Source: Camelus ferus
Lineage: Eukaryota
Direction: 5' to 3'
Length of the DNA: 64,000 bases
Assembly: GCF_009834535.1 (NCBI RefSeq)
Contig: NC_045698.1
Span: 10,046,001 to 10,110,000 of the forward strand
This document shows, piece after piece, positions 34,111-47,320 of the stretch; position 1 is the stretch's first letter; each line of letters begins with the position of its first letter. A program made the translations under genes and the position numbers. A model generated the notes under the pieces. That model worked only from the letters and a program-made list of their open reading frames with translations, searched no databases and had not been told where the DNA came from.

Positions 34111-37100
34111 AAGTTACATTTACCTCAAGACCAAATCCCGTAACAGGGAAGTGTCTGGAATTGTGGCACAAATTGTGACTTGAGGCTGTAACTGTCATTC
34201 GGTCATACAACAGGGCCTGTCTTTCTGCAGATCTAGTTTGAGGTAAGCAAAATCCAATTTCCTGATAAAAGAAAGCACACCCCCTGCTAATTTCTTTGAG
34301 ATGGTGCTGTTAATATCCATTCAAATGAGATAAAGAGGAGGGGAGAGAGGGAGAAAGCAAAGAATTAAAAATGGAAAAATTGTGAAGTTAATGCTCAGGC
34401 AAGAATATGTGATTGTATGTATGCATCGTGTGGGAAATCTAATATGATGAGAATTTGGGGTTCTGTCTCTTTAAAACTTCAAATGTACATAAAGATGAAC
34501 TCCCTAAAATACAACCTTATTTTCTAATATGAAAGAATGATTTTTTTTTTCCTCTTGTCCAAAAAAGGCAGATTATTTGCAGAAACTGAAGTTAAAAATA
34601 GCTCTGGTGATATTGTCTACAAAGCTGAGAAATGTTCTTTTTTGTTTCATATTCTCGTCAAAGAGAGACGGCAAAGGGAGTGTGAAATAAAGGGTGAGAA
34701 GACAAACACTCTTTGTAGAAGAACAGAACTCAAAAAACTCCCACTGACTTATGAAAAGTAAAGAAAGTCGATAGCTGAGCTAATTTCGTAAGAAGGAAGA
34801 TTTAGTAAGTGAGTGACTGAATAGGTATAATTTCTTTTTAGGCGGTATTAGCACTAGTCTCCTTGTAGGCGCTCATAAACAATACATGTTCTTCTGCCAT
34901 CTTAGCTGGAAAAAAAAAAGTACCTCCCACAACCCCAATAAAAAGATTAAAACAAAACAATTGATGGGGGCCAGAAGAAACTCCAAACAGGTAGAATGTT
35001 CCACTGCTTCCCCTTCTTAATGTGTCTGCAGCACATGCAAGAAGCATCTTAGATAAGAAACAAGCAGACAGACAGGAATAAGGGCTGTAATTTTGACTTC
35101 ATAACAAAGCTCTGATCCTAATTTATGGGCTCCAGTTTTTTTCCTAGTAAGACACAAGATCATTTTTATTTTTATTTTCATAGGAAAGGAAGTCAGTACT
35201 TGATTTTACAACAATTGCACTGGAATAATATTTAACAAATGTGGAAGCTTTAAATGAGATGTAAACTATATCAGAAGTGGCAAGGCAGGAAATGAGCATC
35301 TGTAGACTGCTTCATGAAGCAAGACCAGGGTCTCATTAAAAATTCAGAAAATGCCTGTTACCCCACAATGCTATAAGATGTATTAGAAAAAGATTCATCA
35401 ATGAACCAGTGAAACATGTTATGCAGATTAGTTCAGAGTCCTTTGACATTAAAGAAATCATAAAAACCAACCTAAAAAAAGAGTCCATTATGCCATTTGG
35501 AATTCAGGTTTCTAGTTCCAAACCATTTGGTAGCCTGAATTATCTTTTTAATGGAAAGAATCTGGTATGACTGATAAATGAAAAGTGAAACAGTAGTCAC
35601 ATATGTAATAAAGAACGCAGACCCCCACGCGTGATATTCTCACTATGCTAAACTGCAGTTACCTGGAAAAGAAGCTATGTGAAATATGAATTGGTAGACA
35701 TGCTAACACTGCAATTCATACTGCCTATTACGTTTACCATATACTATTGGTAAGTGCAGGTTAAAGAAATGTCTTTAATATTTTTAAGCTTTATTTTCCC
35801 CTTTTGAATTAGGATTTTAAAGTGGTGAGACAATGCAATCCACTTGTTTAAGGAGGCGATTCCCAATTCTGAAAGCATGTGTTGTTTTCTAAGCACTTCC
35901 TCTAGCCAGGCAGCAGGCTGAGATGGTCCAGCCACGATTTGAACTGAGCAATCTTACTTGCTTCACCTCCCAAACATGCATTTAGAATGTGATTTCACTG
36001 CTTCCTCCCCCTAATATCCCCTCACACTCGTTGGCTCTAGACAGCAGTGACGTTGGAGTCTTTTACCCCGTTCCACTCCCACTCCGGCAGATGCCTGAGG
36101 TGAGAGGGAGGCACAAAGCTGGAGTGTGGGCTGTGGAAACCTCCTACCCAACAACATCGCTCTCTGGGGTTCTGGAGTGGGTATGTCCTTGCTCTGCTGC
36201 GTGGAGACACTGGGAGAGCAGCCACTGTCACTGTATCAGGGGCTCAACCCAGCTTCACCTCATCTGGGCCAACTGAAAGGGCCATCACTCTCCACATTCC
36301 CTGCCAGCAAGTGTAGGGCATTTTTTTCCGGGATGAGTAGGGTCTTCCAATAACCCAGGTGGGGAATTCTCCCACCCCAAGAGATGCAGCTTGTCTTTCC
36401 AGCTCTTATTTTCCCACTGTCCCAATTTCTACAACATTTACTTTAAGTGATATTAAATACTTCCTGAAAGAACGTTGGATGTAAATAAATAAAGCACTTC
36501 TCTGAGGCAACAGAGCTGGCTTGCCAATCTCATTCATGCCACTGTTTATTTAGTTTCCAGACTGAATGGCACCCAACTCAGAGTTCATGAGGTTGGTTTC
36601 AAAAATGAGCTGACATAAACAGATAGGCAACTACATCGGATTGAAGCATCTGAGCTACTCTCTGCAACTCTAAAGGAGCTTCTGTAGTACCATTTTGCTA
36701 AAGATGACTTCATATCAAGTATCAGTTTATTTTCTTTAACAAGAGTACGTGGCAGTGCAAGGGATTATTACTGATGCCTGAAGTTCCTTAACTGGAACAT
36801 ATCTTTCATCAAATCAGAGAAAAGTTTGAAAGGCAATCCCCTTGATAATTTGATTTAACTCTACACTAAGTATAAATTATCAGTAACTCACAGTGAGAAA
36901 GAAGGGAAAGGAGAGAGAAATTCTGGTGCCTGCAGAAGATAGGGAAAGTGAATACCCTACTAGACAATTAATTTCTTGAGTAATTTCTTTAAATTACTCT
37001 ATTACTGAATATAGGCCCAATAAACATTTTCCAAGTAAATGAAAAATGGAGGAAAGTTGAGAGAAGGGAAATTTTTGAACATGAAAACTGATTCTACATC

Positions 37101-37129
37101 TTTGCTTTTAAAAATGGTAGTCAAATAGT

Positions 37130-39352
37130 ATTTTGGCAATAACTAGGAATAGAAGGGAACTTTCTCCAGCTGATAATGGGAATCTATGAAAAACCAACAG
37201 CTAGCATCATATTCAATGTTGGAAAACTGAAAGCTTTCCCCCTAAGACTAAGAAGGAGACAAAGACATCTGCCCTTGCCACTTCAATTTAGCATTGTACT
37301 AGAGGTCCTAACCAGAGCACTGAAACGCAAGAAAAAGAAATAAAAGGCATCCAGATTGAAAAGGACGAAGTAAAAAGATCTCCATTTGCAGGTGACATGA
37401 TCTTGTATAAACAAATCCAAAAGAATCCACTAAAAAACAATTAGAACTAAACCAATAAACAAATTCTGCAAATTGCCAAGATACAAAATCAATATACAAA
37501 AATCAATTGTACTTTTATACACTAGCAAGGAACTAAATAATAGAAAGACATCCTCTGTTCATGGATCAAAAATATTAATACATTTTAGATGGCAATACTT
37601 CTCAAATTAATCTACAGATTTGGTGCCCTGTCAAAATCCTAGATGGATTTTTTTTTCAAAACTGAAAAATCGATCATAAACTTCATATGGAAATGCAAGG
37701 GATCAAGAAGAGCCAAACAATTCTGGAAAAGGAGAACAAAGTTTGAGGACACACGGTTCCAATTTGAAAATTTACAGCACAGCTACAGTAATCAAGACAC
37801 TGGTACTGGCATAATGACTGACATATGGATCAATAGACTAGAACTGAAGTCCAGAAATAAACCTTTATATTTATGGTCAGTTGATTTCTGACAAAGATTT
37901 CAGGACAGTTCAATGAGGAAAGCATAGTCTATTTAACACATGGTTGTGAGACAAGTGGATATTCACATGCAAAAAATTAAGTTGAACCCTTACCTCACAC
38001 CACACACAGAAATTAATTCAAAAGTATTCACAGACCCAAATATAAGAGCTAAAACTATAAAACTCCTAAAAGAAAATATAGAAGTAAATCTTCATGGCCT
38101 TGAATTAGGCAATGATTTCTTAAATACAAATCAAAACCACAAGCAGTAAAAGAACAAGTAGACAAATTGTGTTTCAATGACACTATCAAGAAAGTGAAAT
38201 GACAACCTACAGAATGGAAGAAAAGATTTGCAAATCATATCTGACAAGGGATTTATATCCAGAATACATAAAGAACCCTTACAAACTAACAATAAAAAGA
38301 CATATAAACCAATTTTAAAATAGGCAAAGATTTGAACAGACATTTCTCGAGAGAAAATAAACAAGCACATGAAAAGATAAAGATGCTCAATAGTTAAAGT
38401 GTCAATAGTTATAAGGGAAATGCAAATCAAACCACAATGAGATACCATGTTACACAACCCCAGGATGGCTAAAATTAAAAAGATGACAATAGCAAGTGCT
38501 CATGGATATGTGGGAAAATTGGAACCCTCTTTCATTGCTGGTGAGAATGTAAAATGATGCAGCTGCTTTGGAAAATAGTTTAGCAAACGTTCTAAATGCT
38601 AAATATAGAGTTATCATATGACTCAGGAATTCCATTCCCAAGTGTATTCCCAAGAGAATTGAAAAACATATGTTCACACAAAGACTTGCACACAAATGCT
38701 TTTATCAAGATTATTCATAGTAGCCAAAAAGTGGTAAAAACTCAAATACCTACTACTGATGACTGGGTAAAAAAATGTGGGTTTTAAGTGGAATATTATT
38801 TGGCAATTTTAAAAAAAGAATGAATTCGAGAGGATTTGGGTTGAATCACACACCCATGACACGAAGCTGTTGTGCGTAGCTACAGTTTATTTGGCACGTT
38901 CATAAACATAATCTAATTTACTAGGAAGTTTGTAAGACTTTTCTTTTATTAAAATTAATATTTTCTTATTACAAAATAAATTAATTAATTAAAATTAAAA
39001 TAAGAATGACATAGTGATACAATCTGCAGTATGAATGAACCCTGAAAACATTACGCTACGTGAAAGAAGCTTGACAGAATTGATCATAAATGATATGATT
39101 CCATTTATGTGAAATGTCCAGAACTGACAAATCCATAGAGACAGAAAGTAGACAGTCATTGCCTGGGGCTGAGGCAGGCAGGAGGGAGTGGGGAATTACT
39201 GCTAATATGTATGAGGTTTCTTTTTAGGGTGATGAAAACTGTTCTAAAATTAAGTTGTGATGGTTGCATGGCTGTGAATATATTAAAATCAACTGTACGC
39301 TTTAAATGGGTGAATTTTATGGTGTATGAAATACATTTCAAATCTTATAAAA
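37130..39352 (+). mobile_element. L1MB-like ORF2 3' half and 3' UTR, decayed
   Basis: RT-region motifs (gaaagctttccccctaaga, tttgcaggtgacatgatcttgtat). ORF fragments such as HMQKIKLNPYLTPHTEINSK...IKLLKENIEVNLHGLELGNDFLN. L1MB-type 3' UTR. Confidence 0.9.
38824..38996 (+). pseudogene. Probable 5'-truncated retrocopy of an unidentified transcript 3' end
   Basis: Non-L1 sequence interrupting the L1. ATTAAA at 38948-38953, A-rich tail from 38973, and a 13-bp TSD (one mismatch) at 38811-38823 and 38997-39009. Confidence 0.65.
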
Positions 39353-39436
39353 AGATATTTTGGCAGGGGATCTATTAAGAAAAAACAGATCAATCTACCA
39401 TAGGACCTAATTTTCAAATACGAACTAAGGTATTTT

Positions 39437-39926
39437 GGTAGACACTGTGAGTTGGCTACTGAACAACTATTCTCCTCTTGTTTCTGGGAATAGAATTCCA
39501 ATTTTGTCCAAGTAAGGGGCAACAGTGTGCCTAACTTCAGGTGAGGATTGACTGGCCTAACTCCTAGTCAATCATGTTGTCCTCATTTACTTTTGACAGT
39601 GATTGATTTAGGGTTGGCAGGTGACCCAATCTTGGCACTTGACAAAAAAGAGGAATATTCTGCTGAGAGTCTTAATGACACAAAAAGTTATGAGTAAAAA
39701 GATCTTTCCATTCCCTACTTTTTGACTTTATTTAGTAAAGAAGTGATGCTTGTAGGTGCACAATGATGAGAAGGCAGAAAAGCTGCCCAGAGCTGTTGTG
39801 TTAACTATCTCTGGAACCAATTAACTCTGGAGTTCTCAAAAAATTAATTTATTAATAAACCCCATTTTTAAACCATATTCTGTCAGATAGGCTGTGTATT
39901 GTGGCCAAAATCCTGTTAATTGATAC
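39437..39926 (+). mobile_element. Old MaLR LTR (MLT1J/K-like)
   Basis: ggtagacactgtgagttggctact...aatagaattccaattttgtcc...ggtgacccaatcttggc...taattgatac. Similar to the element at 3055. Confidence 0.6.
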
Positions 39927-40849
39927 GTTTTCTATTAAGTGGGCTTATTTGTGAATTCTCATTAAATTACATTTTCAGTCCTACATCAATGCTCTTCTTT
40001 AGGAGATGAGATAAAATTGATCTAGATTTTTTCAGAAGACAGGCCTAGCACTAGTCAGTGAAAGGTATAAGAAAGGAGCATTTTGCTCAATAGGAAAAAC
40101 AACTTTCTCCTTGTAAAATGGATCAGAGAATTGTCAGCCTTTGTTTGGTTAGCAAAGGGGCTCATGAGGATCACAGGTCAAGGATGCTAACTTGTGTCAT
40201 CTGCGGCCTGGACTGGAGCATTCACAAAATGCCAAATTCAAGTTTCTTAATTCCCACATGAAAAGTTCTAAGATCAACAGACTCATTTTCATACCGAAGG
40301 TGAAATCAAGGCGCCCTGCTTCCGGATGTGTTAATGTTTTCTAACTTTGTTAGCTCAACTTCAAACTAACAACCAGAAGCCAGATCTTGGTGGGTTTTGT
40401 CCACTTCTTTATGAAAATTTGAACAATATCTGACCATTTAAGAGAATTTTATAAATTATTTTAGAAGCAAACAAGAAGTAAGTCATGATAGAAGAGCAGA
40501 CATCTTGATAATGCTGAAAAATGGCCATTTTCCTTATTTAAATTGTTTATCTTAATAGAAACTAGAAAATGTGTGAAAAGATCTACAATTGTTGGTGCCA
40601 TAAGGAATCTCTTTATAAACCTGTAAGCGTGGGATTTATACTTGTCTCATAATTGTGATTTCATTCTTTATATATACAGTTGTTTCAAGCAGTATGATTT
40701 GACCTAAATCAATGCCAAATTTAGCTACAAAATACTGAGACAATCTCAGATCTTACTTAATTATAGAATTAATGTCACAGAGGCGGATGTTACTGTTGTT
40801 GCTGTTTTGTTTTTTAATATTCAAATTTCATGGGAAAAGACAGTTGGGT

Positions 40850-43800
40850 AATCCACCTTCAGAATAGTGATGTGAGCTCCGTGTACCCACTCACCAGTGC
40901 AACAACTATAGCTGGTGAAAATTATTTTGAAAAAAACAAAACCATTTAAAGTCTCAAGAAATTGTATGAAGGAAATACACTAAGGAAATGATGACTCATG
41001 TATTCAGGAAGCTACAGCCTGCTCCACCCATCCAGCTCAGCCTAATGGAAGATCTATTCCAGGTGGATATGGCCAAGAGACTGGGGCTCTCTCTCCCCCT
41101 AACTCCCAATCAATGGCTACAGTATATCCCTGGCAGGGGCAGGGCACCAGCATTTCTCATTCCTGCCCCCAGGTCGGTGTTGCAGAGGCTGAATTCCAAG
41201 TAAGTATGACTAAGAGGTCAGAGCCCCTTCATCCACTAAGCCCCACATATAGAGCAAATGCTCTACCTCAAGGGCAACAGACTGAAAACATAGGAGCTCC
41301 AACTGCCCTCATCCCAGTTCACTTGCAGGTTGGCAGCTCCACACCAAGAAAGGCAGGCTGAGAAGATCAGAGGCCACTGTGCCTCCCCAGCACTCTGCTC
41401 CTAAAGCAGGGTATCACTCAGAGAGAACCACACCTCTGTCCCTGCCTTCAGCTCAAGAGCCGTGACTCAGAGATTTTGCCAAGGAGCAGAGAGCTTCTGA
41501 AGTTCTCCCCAAAAGAAGTTACTTTATCTGAGACAGAGTGTGGGAAAGCAGAAGCCTAAGGGCACTCTCAAAAACAATGGAAATTCTGAGTGGTAAGCAA
41601 TTAAGAGGAGACTGGTAGGTTTACAAGAGATAAAGCTAAACCATAGGCCAGTTAGTTTCCCGGAGAAAACTAGGGAAAGACATAGTTAATAAGAGCACTC
41701 CTGGGGGTAGAATAAACTTCCAAGACTGACCTCAAAAACTATCCCTGGAAAGAGGCCTGAATTTAATTGGATCAGACCGTGGAGCAATTTATGCTCAAAA
41801 GCATTGTCAAAACCAATAGAGCAATCAGCCTGGCAATTAGTGGAGTCTAACAGCTGGGTGTGATACCAACAGGAGCAGACAGCTTGACTGAGGGATCAGG
41901 GAAAATGACAGAGAGCCCCGATAAAACCGCCGTTGTCTCAGGGTGCCTGTGTACGTGCCCAAGGCTGTGCCCTTTCTCATCAGAGCTTCCCACAACAGAG
42001 AAGGTAAACTTCACTAAAGAAGTCCAGCCAAGGGTGGGAGGGACAGACTGGGAGTTCAAAATTTGTAGATACTGACAGGCATATGCAGAATAGATAAACA
42101 GGATTATACCGTATAGCACAGGGAAATATATACAAGATCTTGTGATAGCTCACAGCAAAAAAAAATGGGACAATGAATATATGTATGTTCATGTATAACT
42201 GAAAAATTGTGCTCTACACTGGAAATTGACACAACATTGTAAAATGATTACAACTCAATTTAAAAATGTTATTTAAAATGTTTAAAAAAAAAAAGAAGTC
42301 CAGCCAAGACACTAAGCAAATAAACAAGCAAATCATAACAATATGTCCTGGGGTTAAGGGAAGTCAATATTGCTACGTTGCTACAGGACACTAAGTAAAA
42401 TATTCAATTTTCAACAAGAAATTTGAAACATACAGAAAAATTAAAAGTGTGACCCAGACACAGGGAAAAAAGCAGGCAACAGAAACTGCCTAGATCCAGA
42501 TGTTACATGTAACAGGCAAAGATTTCTAAGCAGCCATTAGAAGTATCCTCAAAGAGCTAAAGGAAACTGTTTAAAGAAGTAAAGGAAGGTATAAACACAA
42601 TGTCTCATCAAATAGAGAATATAATAAAGTGAAATTATATAAAAAGAGAACAAATACAAATTCTGGAGTTGAAAAGTATTTAATAACTTAAATTCTAAAA
42701 TTATTACAGTAGATTGGAGCTGGTAGGAGAAAGAATCTATAAATTTGGAGATAAATCAGTAGAAATTATGCAACCTGAAGAGCAGAGAGAAAAAAAGAAT
42801 TTTTAAAAATGAGCAGAGCCTCAGAAAACTGTGGGACATCAACATATACGTATTGAAAGTAGCAGAAGGAGAAAAGAGAGAAAGGAGCAGAAAACTGAAA
42901 ATTTCCTATGTTTGTTTAAAAAAAAAAACATTAACCTACACATCCAGGAAGCTTGACAAAATTTTAAGTAGGATAAACAAAAAGAGATTTAGACTTAGAC
43001 ACAACAAAGTAAAAATGTTGAAGGACAAGTACAAAGAGAAAAGTCCTGGAAACAGTGAGAAAAACAGCCTGTCCTGTACAAGGGAACTTGACTTCTCATT
43101 AGAAAGAAGGGAGTTTAGAAGGATGATGTATTCAGAGTACTGTACAAAAAAAAAAAAAACAAACAAAAAAAACCTGTCATCCAAATATGTAACAGCCAGC
43201 AAAACTATCTTACAGAAATGAAGGCAAAATAAATAAAATATTCCCAGATAAACAAAACCTGAGAAAATCCACCTTCTAAGAAATGCTAAAAGAAGTTCAG
43301 TCTAAAATCAAGATGGTAACTCAAACACACACACACACACACACAGAGCACAAAGGTAATTATGTAATTATAAAAGACAGTATAAATGTATATTTCATCT
43401 CCTGTCTTAACTGATTTACAAAGCAATCATATAAAATAATATGTATATAGTTGGGCTTATAACATATAGAAATGTAATATATTTGACAACAGCAACACAA
43501 AAGAGGTAGGGGAACAAAGTTGTATTGGAGTAAGGAAATGACAGTAGACAATGACTTGAACCCACAGGAATAAATGAAGAGAAGCAGAAATGGTAAACAA
43601 GAAGGGAACTAGAACAAATCCTATAACTATATGCTTACTCTCCTTTCTTCTGTTTCTTTAAAAGACACAAAATTATATAAAATACATTTTCTATATTTAT
43701 ACTATATTAAAACATACTATATCCATAACAATAATAATCTCCTAAAGAAGAGGGAGCAGAGCTATATAAAAGTAACATCTTGATATCTAAGTGGAATTAA

Positions 43801-43945
43801 GTTATCATAAATCTGAAATAGATTGGTTAGTTAAGACGTATTTGGCAAACTACATAAAACACCATGAAACCCTCAAAATAGTGAAAAAGGTCATTAAGGG
43901 AATTAAAATGTTACACTAAAAATACTCACTTAATATAAAATAATG
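40850..43945 (+). mobile_element. Old L1 5' UTR, ORF1 and inter-ORF region, decayed
   Basis: ORF1-like remnants (ORF 42853-43221 with SRINKKRFRLRHNKVKMLK, plus aaactatcttacagaaatgaaggcaaaataa...ttcccagataaacaaaacctgaga), preceded by a long 5' UTR-like segment. Confidence 0.75.
42033..42291 (+). mobile_element. Young 5'-truncated L1 3' end
   Basis: Highly similar to the reverse complement of 16617-16860. Perfect 17-bp TSD aaagaagtccagccaag at 42016-42032 and 42292-42308. Confidence 0.95.
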
Positions 43946-45739
43946 CCAATCACATTCATTAGTGCAAGTGGACACTGGACAAGCCAAACACAAAAAATGA
44001 AAAACAGTAAGAAGATGCTTTCCCAAAGCTGGTCCAAGATCCCAATACATTCAAAGGTCTCTTTACAGTAGTAAGAAAACTTCTTTAAGGGTTAATTCTT
44101 AAGAGAAGAACCTCCTGATTTTTCTCTTCTCCCTCACCACCAGGGAGGTAATATAATTCAGTACATTTCTCACAAGGACTCACTGACTGATGAGCAATGG
44201 ATTTCCTTGAACAGGAAATAAACAAACCTACTCAAAAGCGGCAATGGAATGGAGTCAAAGGGGAATGGATTCAGAACACCTCCCTTTGATACACATCACA
44301 AACATGCTGCAATTTTCAGGGAAAAGAAATTAGCTCAGGAATTTTTATGGGAAGATCGATCTGTTCAAAGACAGGTAGTGTCTTGAAGCTCTAATTGTTT
44401 TGGAGAAAAAGGGGGCAAGGTAACTCCCTTTTAAATTGCTGAATTACCTTGATAGGCACTTTAACCTCAGTAGAGCTTCTGAACAGATGAATGAAAATTA
44501 CCGCATTTCTCCCAGATTACACATAATCAGAATCCCTCCGTGGAGTCAGCAGTAAGGAATTTGCTTCATAACTGAACCTGTGGTCTCTGGGCTCTCTGCC
44601 AATGGCAGGAACGAATAAGGACAAGGATACAGATGTGGGCAAGAATAAAGGAAGATACTTTGTGCCTGAATTTACTGCGCTCTCTCTCTCTCTCTTTTTA
44701 AATCTCTATCTCCTAGTTCTTAGCTATTTATAGAAAACAAAATTATTCCTTAAATCTGAATGCATGAGAGGAATATCTACGAACGCATGGCTTCAGCATG
44801 CATTTAAGTTATGTAAATGATTATAGAATAATAAAATCAGGTGTCCAAAGTAAATGATTTCCATTACCACTGACCCACGGCAAGATTCCTATTCTATGTT
44901 TAAGCAGCTTCAAATCTATTTGTGGTCTTTTATCTCAGTTTCACTTTTATGACATTTTTCCTAGTTTATAGGGAGCTTGCCTGAATACCAAAGGGGAAAA
45001 AAGCTCCACTGTACTCATTTCTATAAGCGAGCCTTTATGGGATATTTCTGCTGGTCAAGGAATTTTCTTTCAGCTCTCACTGAAAGAGCAAATCAAACTG
45101 CTCTTCAGACTTTACTGTAACTCCCTTTACAATTTCAAAGTTCTCATTCCAGCTCCATCTGAAAAAGTGACTTTTGTAGAGACCCAAGAAAACCTAACTC
45201 TGGTTTTTAAATAAAAGTACCAAAATAAGGAAAATTTGGGCAGATCTAGGAACCATTTGAAAGGTTAAGTGGAGAAATGACTGATCAACCTTTGCATGGC
45301 TCCTTATTATCACTCAGTTGTCTCCATTTTTCTAGTTTTGTCGATTTTTCTTTATTTTCACTAAAAGCTCTGTTGTCTTTATTTTTTACAGTAGATTAAA
45401 TCTATGAATGGAAACATGCATTTTTACTTATCCATACTTGGTGTATGTTATGCTTCTGTAGATTCACGTCTTTCATCCGTTTTGGAAAATTCTCCAATCA
45501 CTATTTTTAATATTCCCTTTACTCCCTTCTCTCCATTCACCCCTTCAGGAAATATGAGAGAGTGACCCACGCTATCCATCACGTCTCTTTCTGTTTTGTT
45601 TTGAATAAAGTCATAATTCTTTGTTAAAGTGGGTTTAAGCTACATTTTAATTATTAATTAAAGCAATTTAGAAATGATCATTTATAAGTTATATACCTTG
45701 CTGACCATGATAACTCCTTATGCTTCATCATTTCCTACT

Positions 45740-47320
45740 TTTTAAGTAGACTTTATTGTGGTATAACTTACACACAATAACGTTTACATATTTTAAGTGG
45801 AAATGGATTAATTCTGACAAATGGACTCACCCATGTAACCAATGCTCCATTTAAGGTATAGAATAACTTCCCAGAGGGTTTCTCAATAAGCATCTCCACC
45901 ACCACACCCTAGTCAACCACTGATCTGATTTCTATTAATATAGATTTATTTGGTCTGTTCTAGAATTTCATCAAATAAACAGAATTATACAGTCTTCCCA
46001 CTTTTCCATCAGATTTCTCTTGTTCATAATAATGGCTGGGACATCGGTCTTAGCAGTATTTCTTTGGATCTTTCTCCTCAGGCAAGGGAGACAAAAGCAA
46101 AAATAAACACATGGGACTACAGCAAACTAAAATGCTTTTGCATAGTGAAGGAAACCAGCAACAAAATGAAGAGGCAACCCCCTGAATGGGAGAAGATATT
46201 TGCAAATGATATATCTGATAAGGAGTTAATATCCAAAATATATCAAGAACTCACACAATTCAGTATCTAAAAAAAAAATCCAATTAAAAAATGGGCAGAT
46301 ATTTTTCCAAGGAAGACATACATATGGCCAACAGACACGTCAGACATGTCACTAATCATCAGGGGAATGCAAATCAAAATTACAATGAGCTATCACCTCA
46401 TGCTTGCCAGAATAGCTATCATCAAACAGACAACAAATAACAAGTGTTGGGGAGGATGTGGAGAAAAGGGAACCCAAGTGCACTGTTGGTGAGAATGTAA
46501 ATTGATGCAGCCACTATGGAAAATATGGAGGCGCCTCAAAAAAATAGAAATAGAAGTACCATATGATCTAGCAACTCCAATTCTGGATATTTCTCCAAAA
46601 AAAAAAAAAAACAAAATCTCACTAATTCAAGAAGATTTATACATCTAAATGTTCACTGCAGGACTATTTACAATGGCCAAGATATGGAAACAACCTAAGT
46701 ATCCATCAGTAGATGAATGGATGATGAAGATGTGGTGTATACATACAATGGAATATTACTTGGCCATAAAAAGAATGAAATCTTGTCATTTGTGACAACG
46801 TGGATAGACCTAGACCCATTATGCTAAATGAAATATGTCAGACAGAGAAAGACAAACACCATACAATTTCACTTACATATGGAGTCTGAAAAACAAAACA
46901 AACAAACAAAATACTAACAGACTCATAGATACAGATATTCTGGTGGTTGCCAGAAGGGAGGCGAGGTGGAGGTTGGGTAAAACAGGTAAAAGAGATCAAG
47001 GTACAAACTTCCAGTTATAAAATAAGTCACCAAGATGTAATATACAGATAGGGAACCCAGTCAACAGTATAACAACTTTGTATGGTGAGGGATGGTAACT
47101 GCACTTGTGGTGATCTGTACATAAATGTTGAATCACTATGTTGTACACCAGAAGCTAATATACTATTGTATGTCAACTCTACTTCAATAAAAAAATAAAA
47201 TTAGAAAAAAGAAAGTCTAGGTGATTCATCCATATCATTGCATGAATCAGTTTGTGTTCTTTTTATAGCTGAATAGTATTTCATTGGATGAACATATCAC
47301 AGTTTACTTACCCACATTCA
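45740..47320 (-). mobile_element. Old L1 3' end (L1MC/ME-like), split by a younger L1
   Basis: actttattgtggtataacttaca...caaccactgatctgatttcta...tctagaatttcat on the left. gattcatccatatcattgcatg...gctgaatagtatttcattg on the right. Confidence 0.7.
46038..47210 (+). mobile_element. L1 (L1MA-like) ORF2 end and 3' UTR
   Basis: ORF fragment LDLSPQARETKAKINTWDYSKLKCFC...MKRQPPEWEKIFANDISDKELISKIYQEL. Ends tgtatgtcaactctacttcaataaaaaaa. Confidence 0.92.

Noticed and set aside
33923..34183. Hydrophobic F/L/S ORF resembling a membrane protein
   Set aside because: It is a translation of the TTTC microsatellite.
38860..38920. Mitochondrial COX3-like NUMT
   Set aside because: The resemblance is only superficial. 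There is no consistent reading frame, and the poly(A) signal, tail and TSD favour retroposition of a nuclear transcript.
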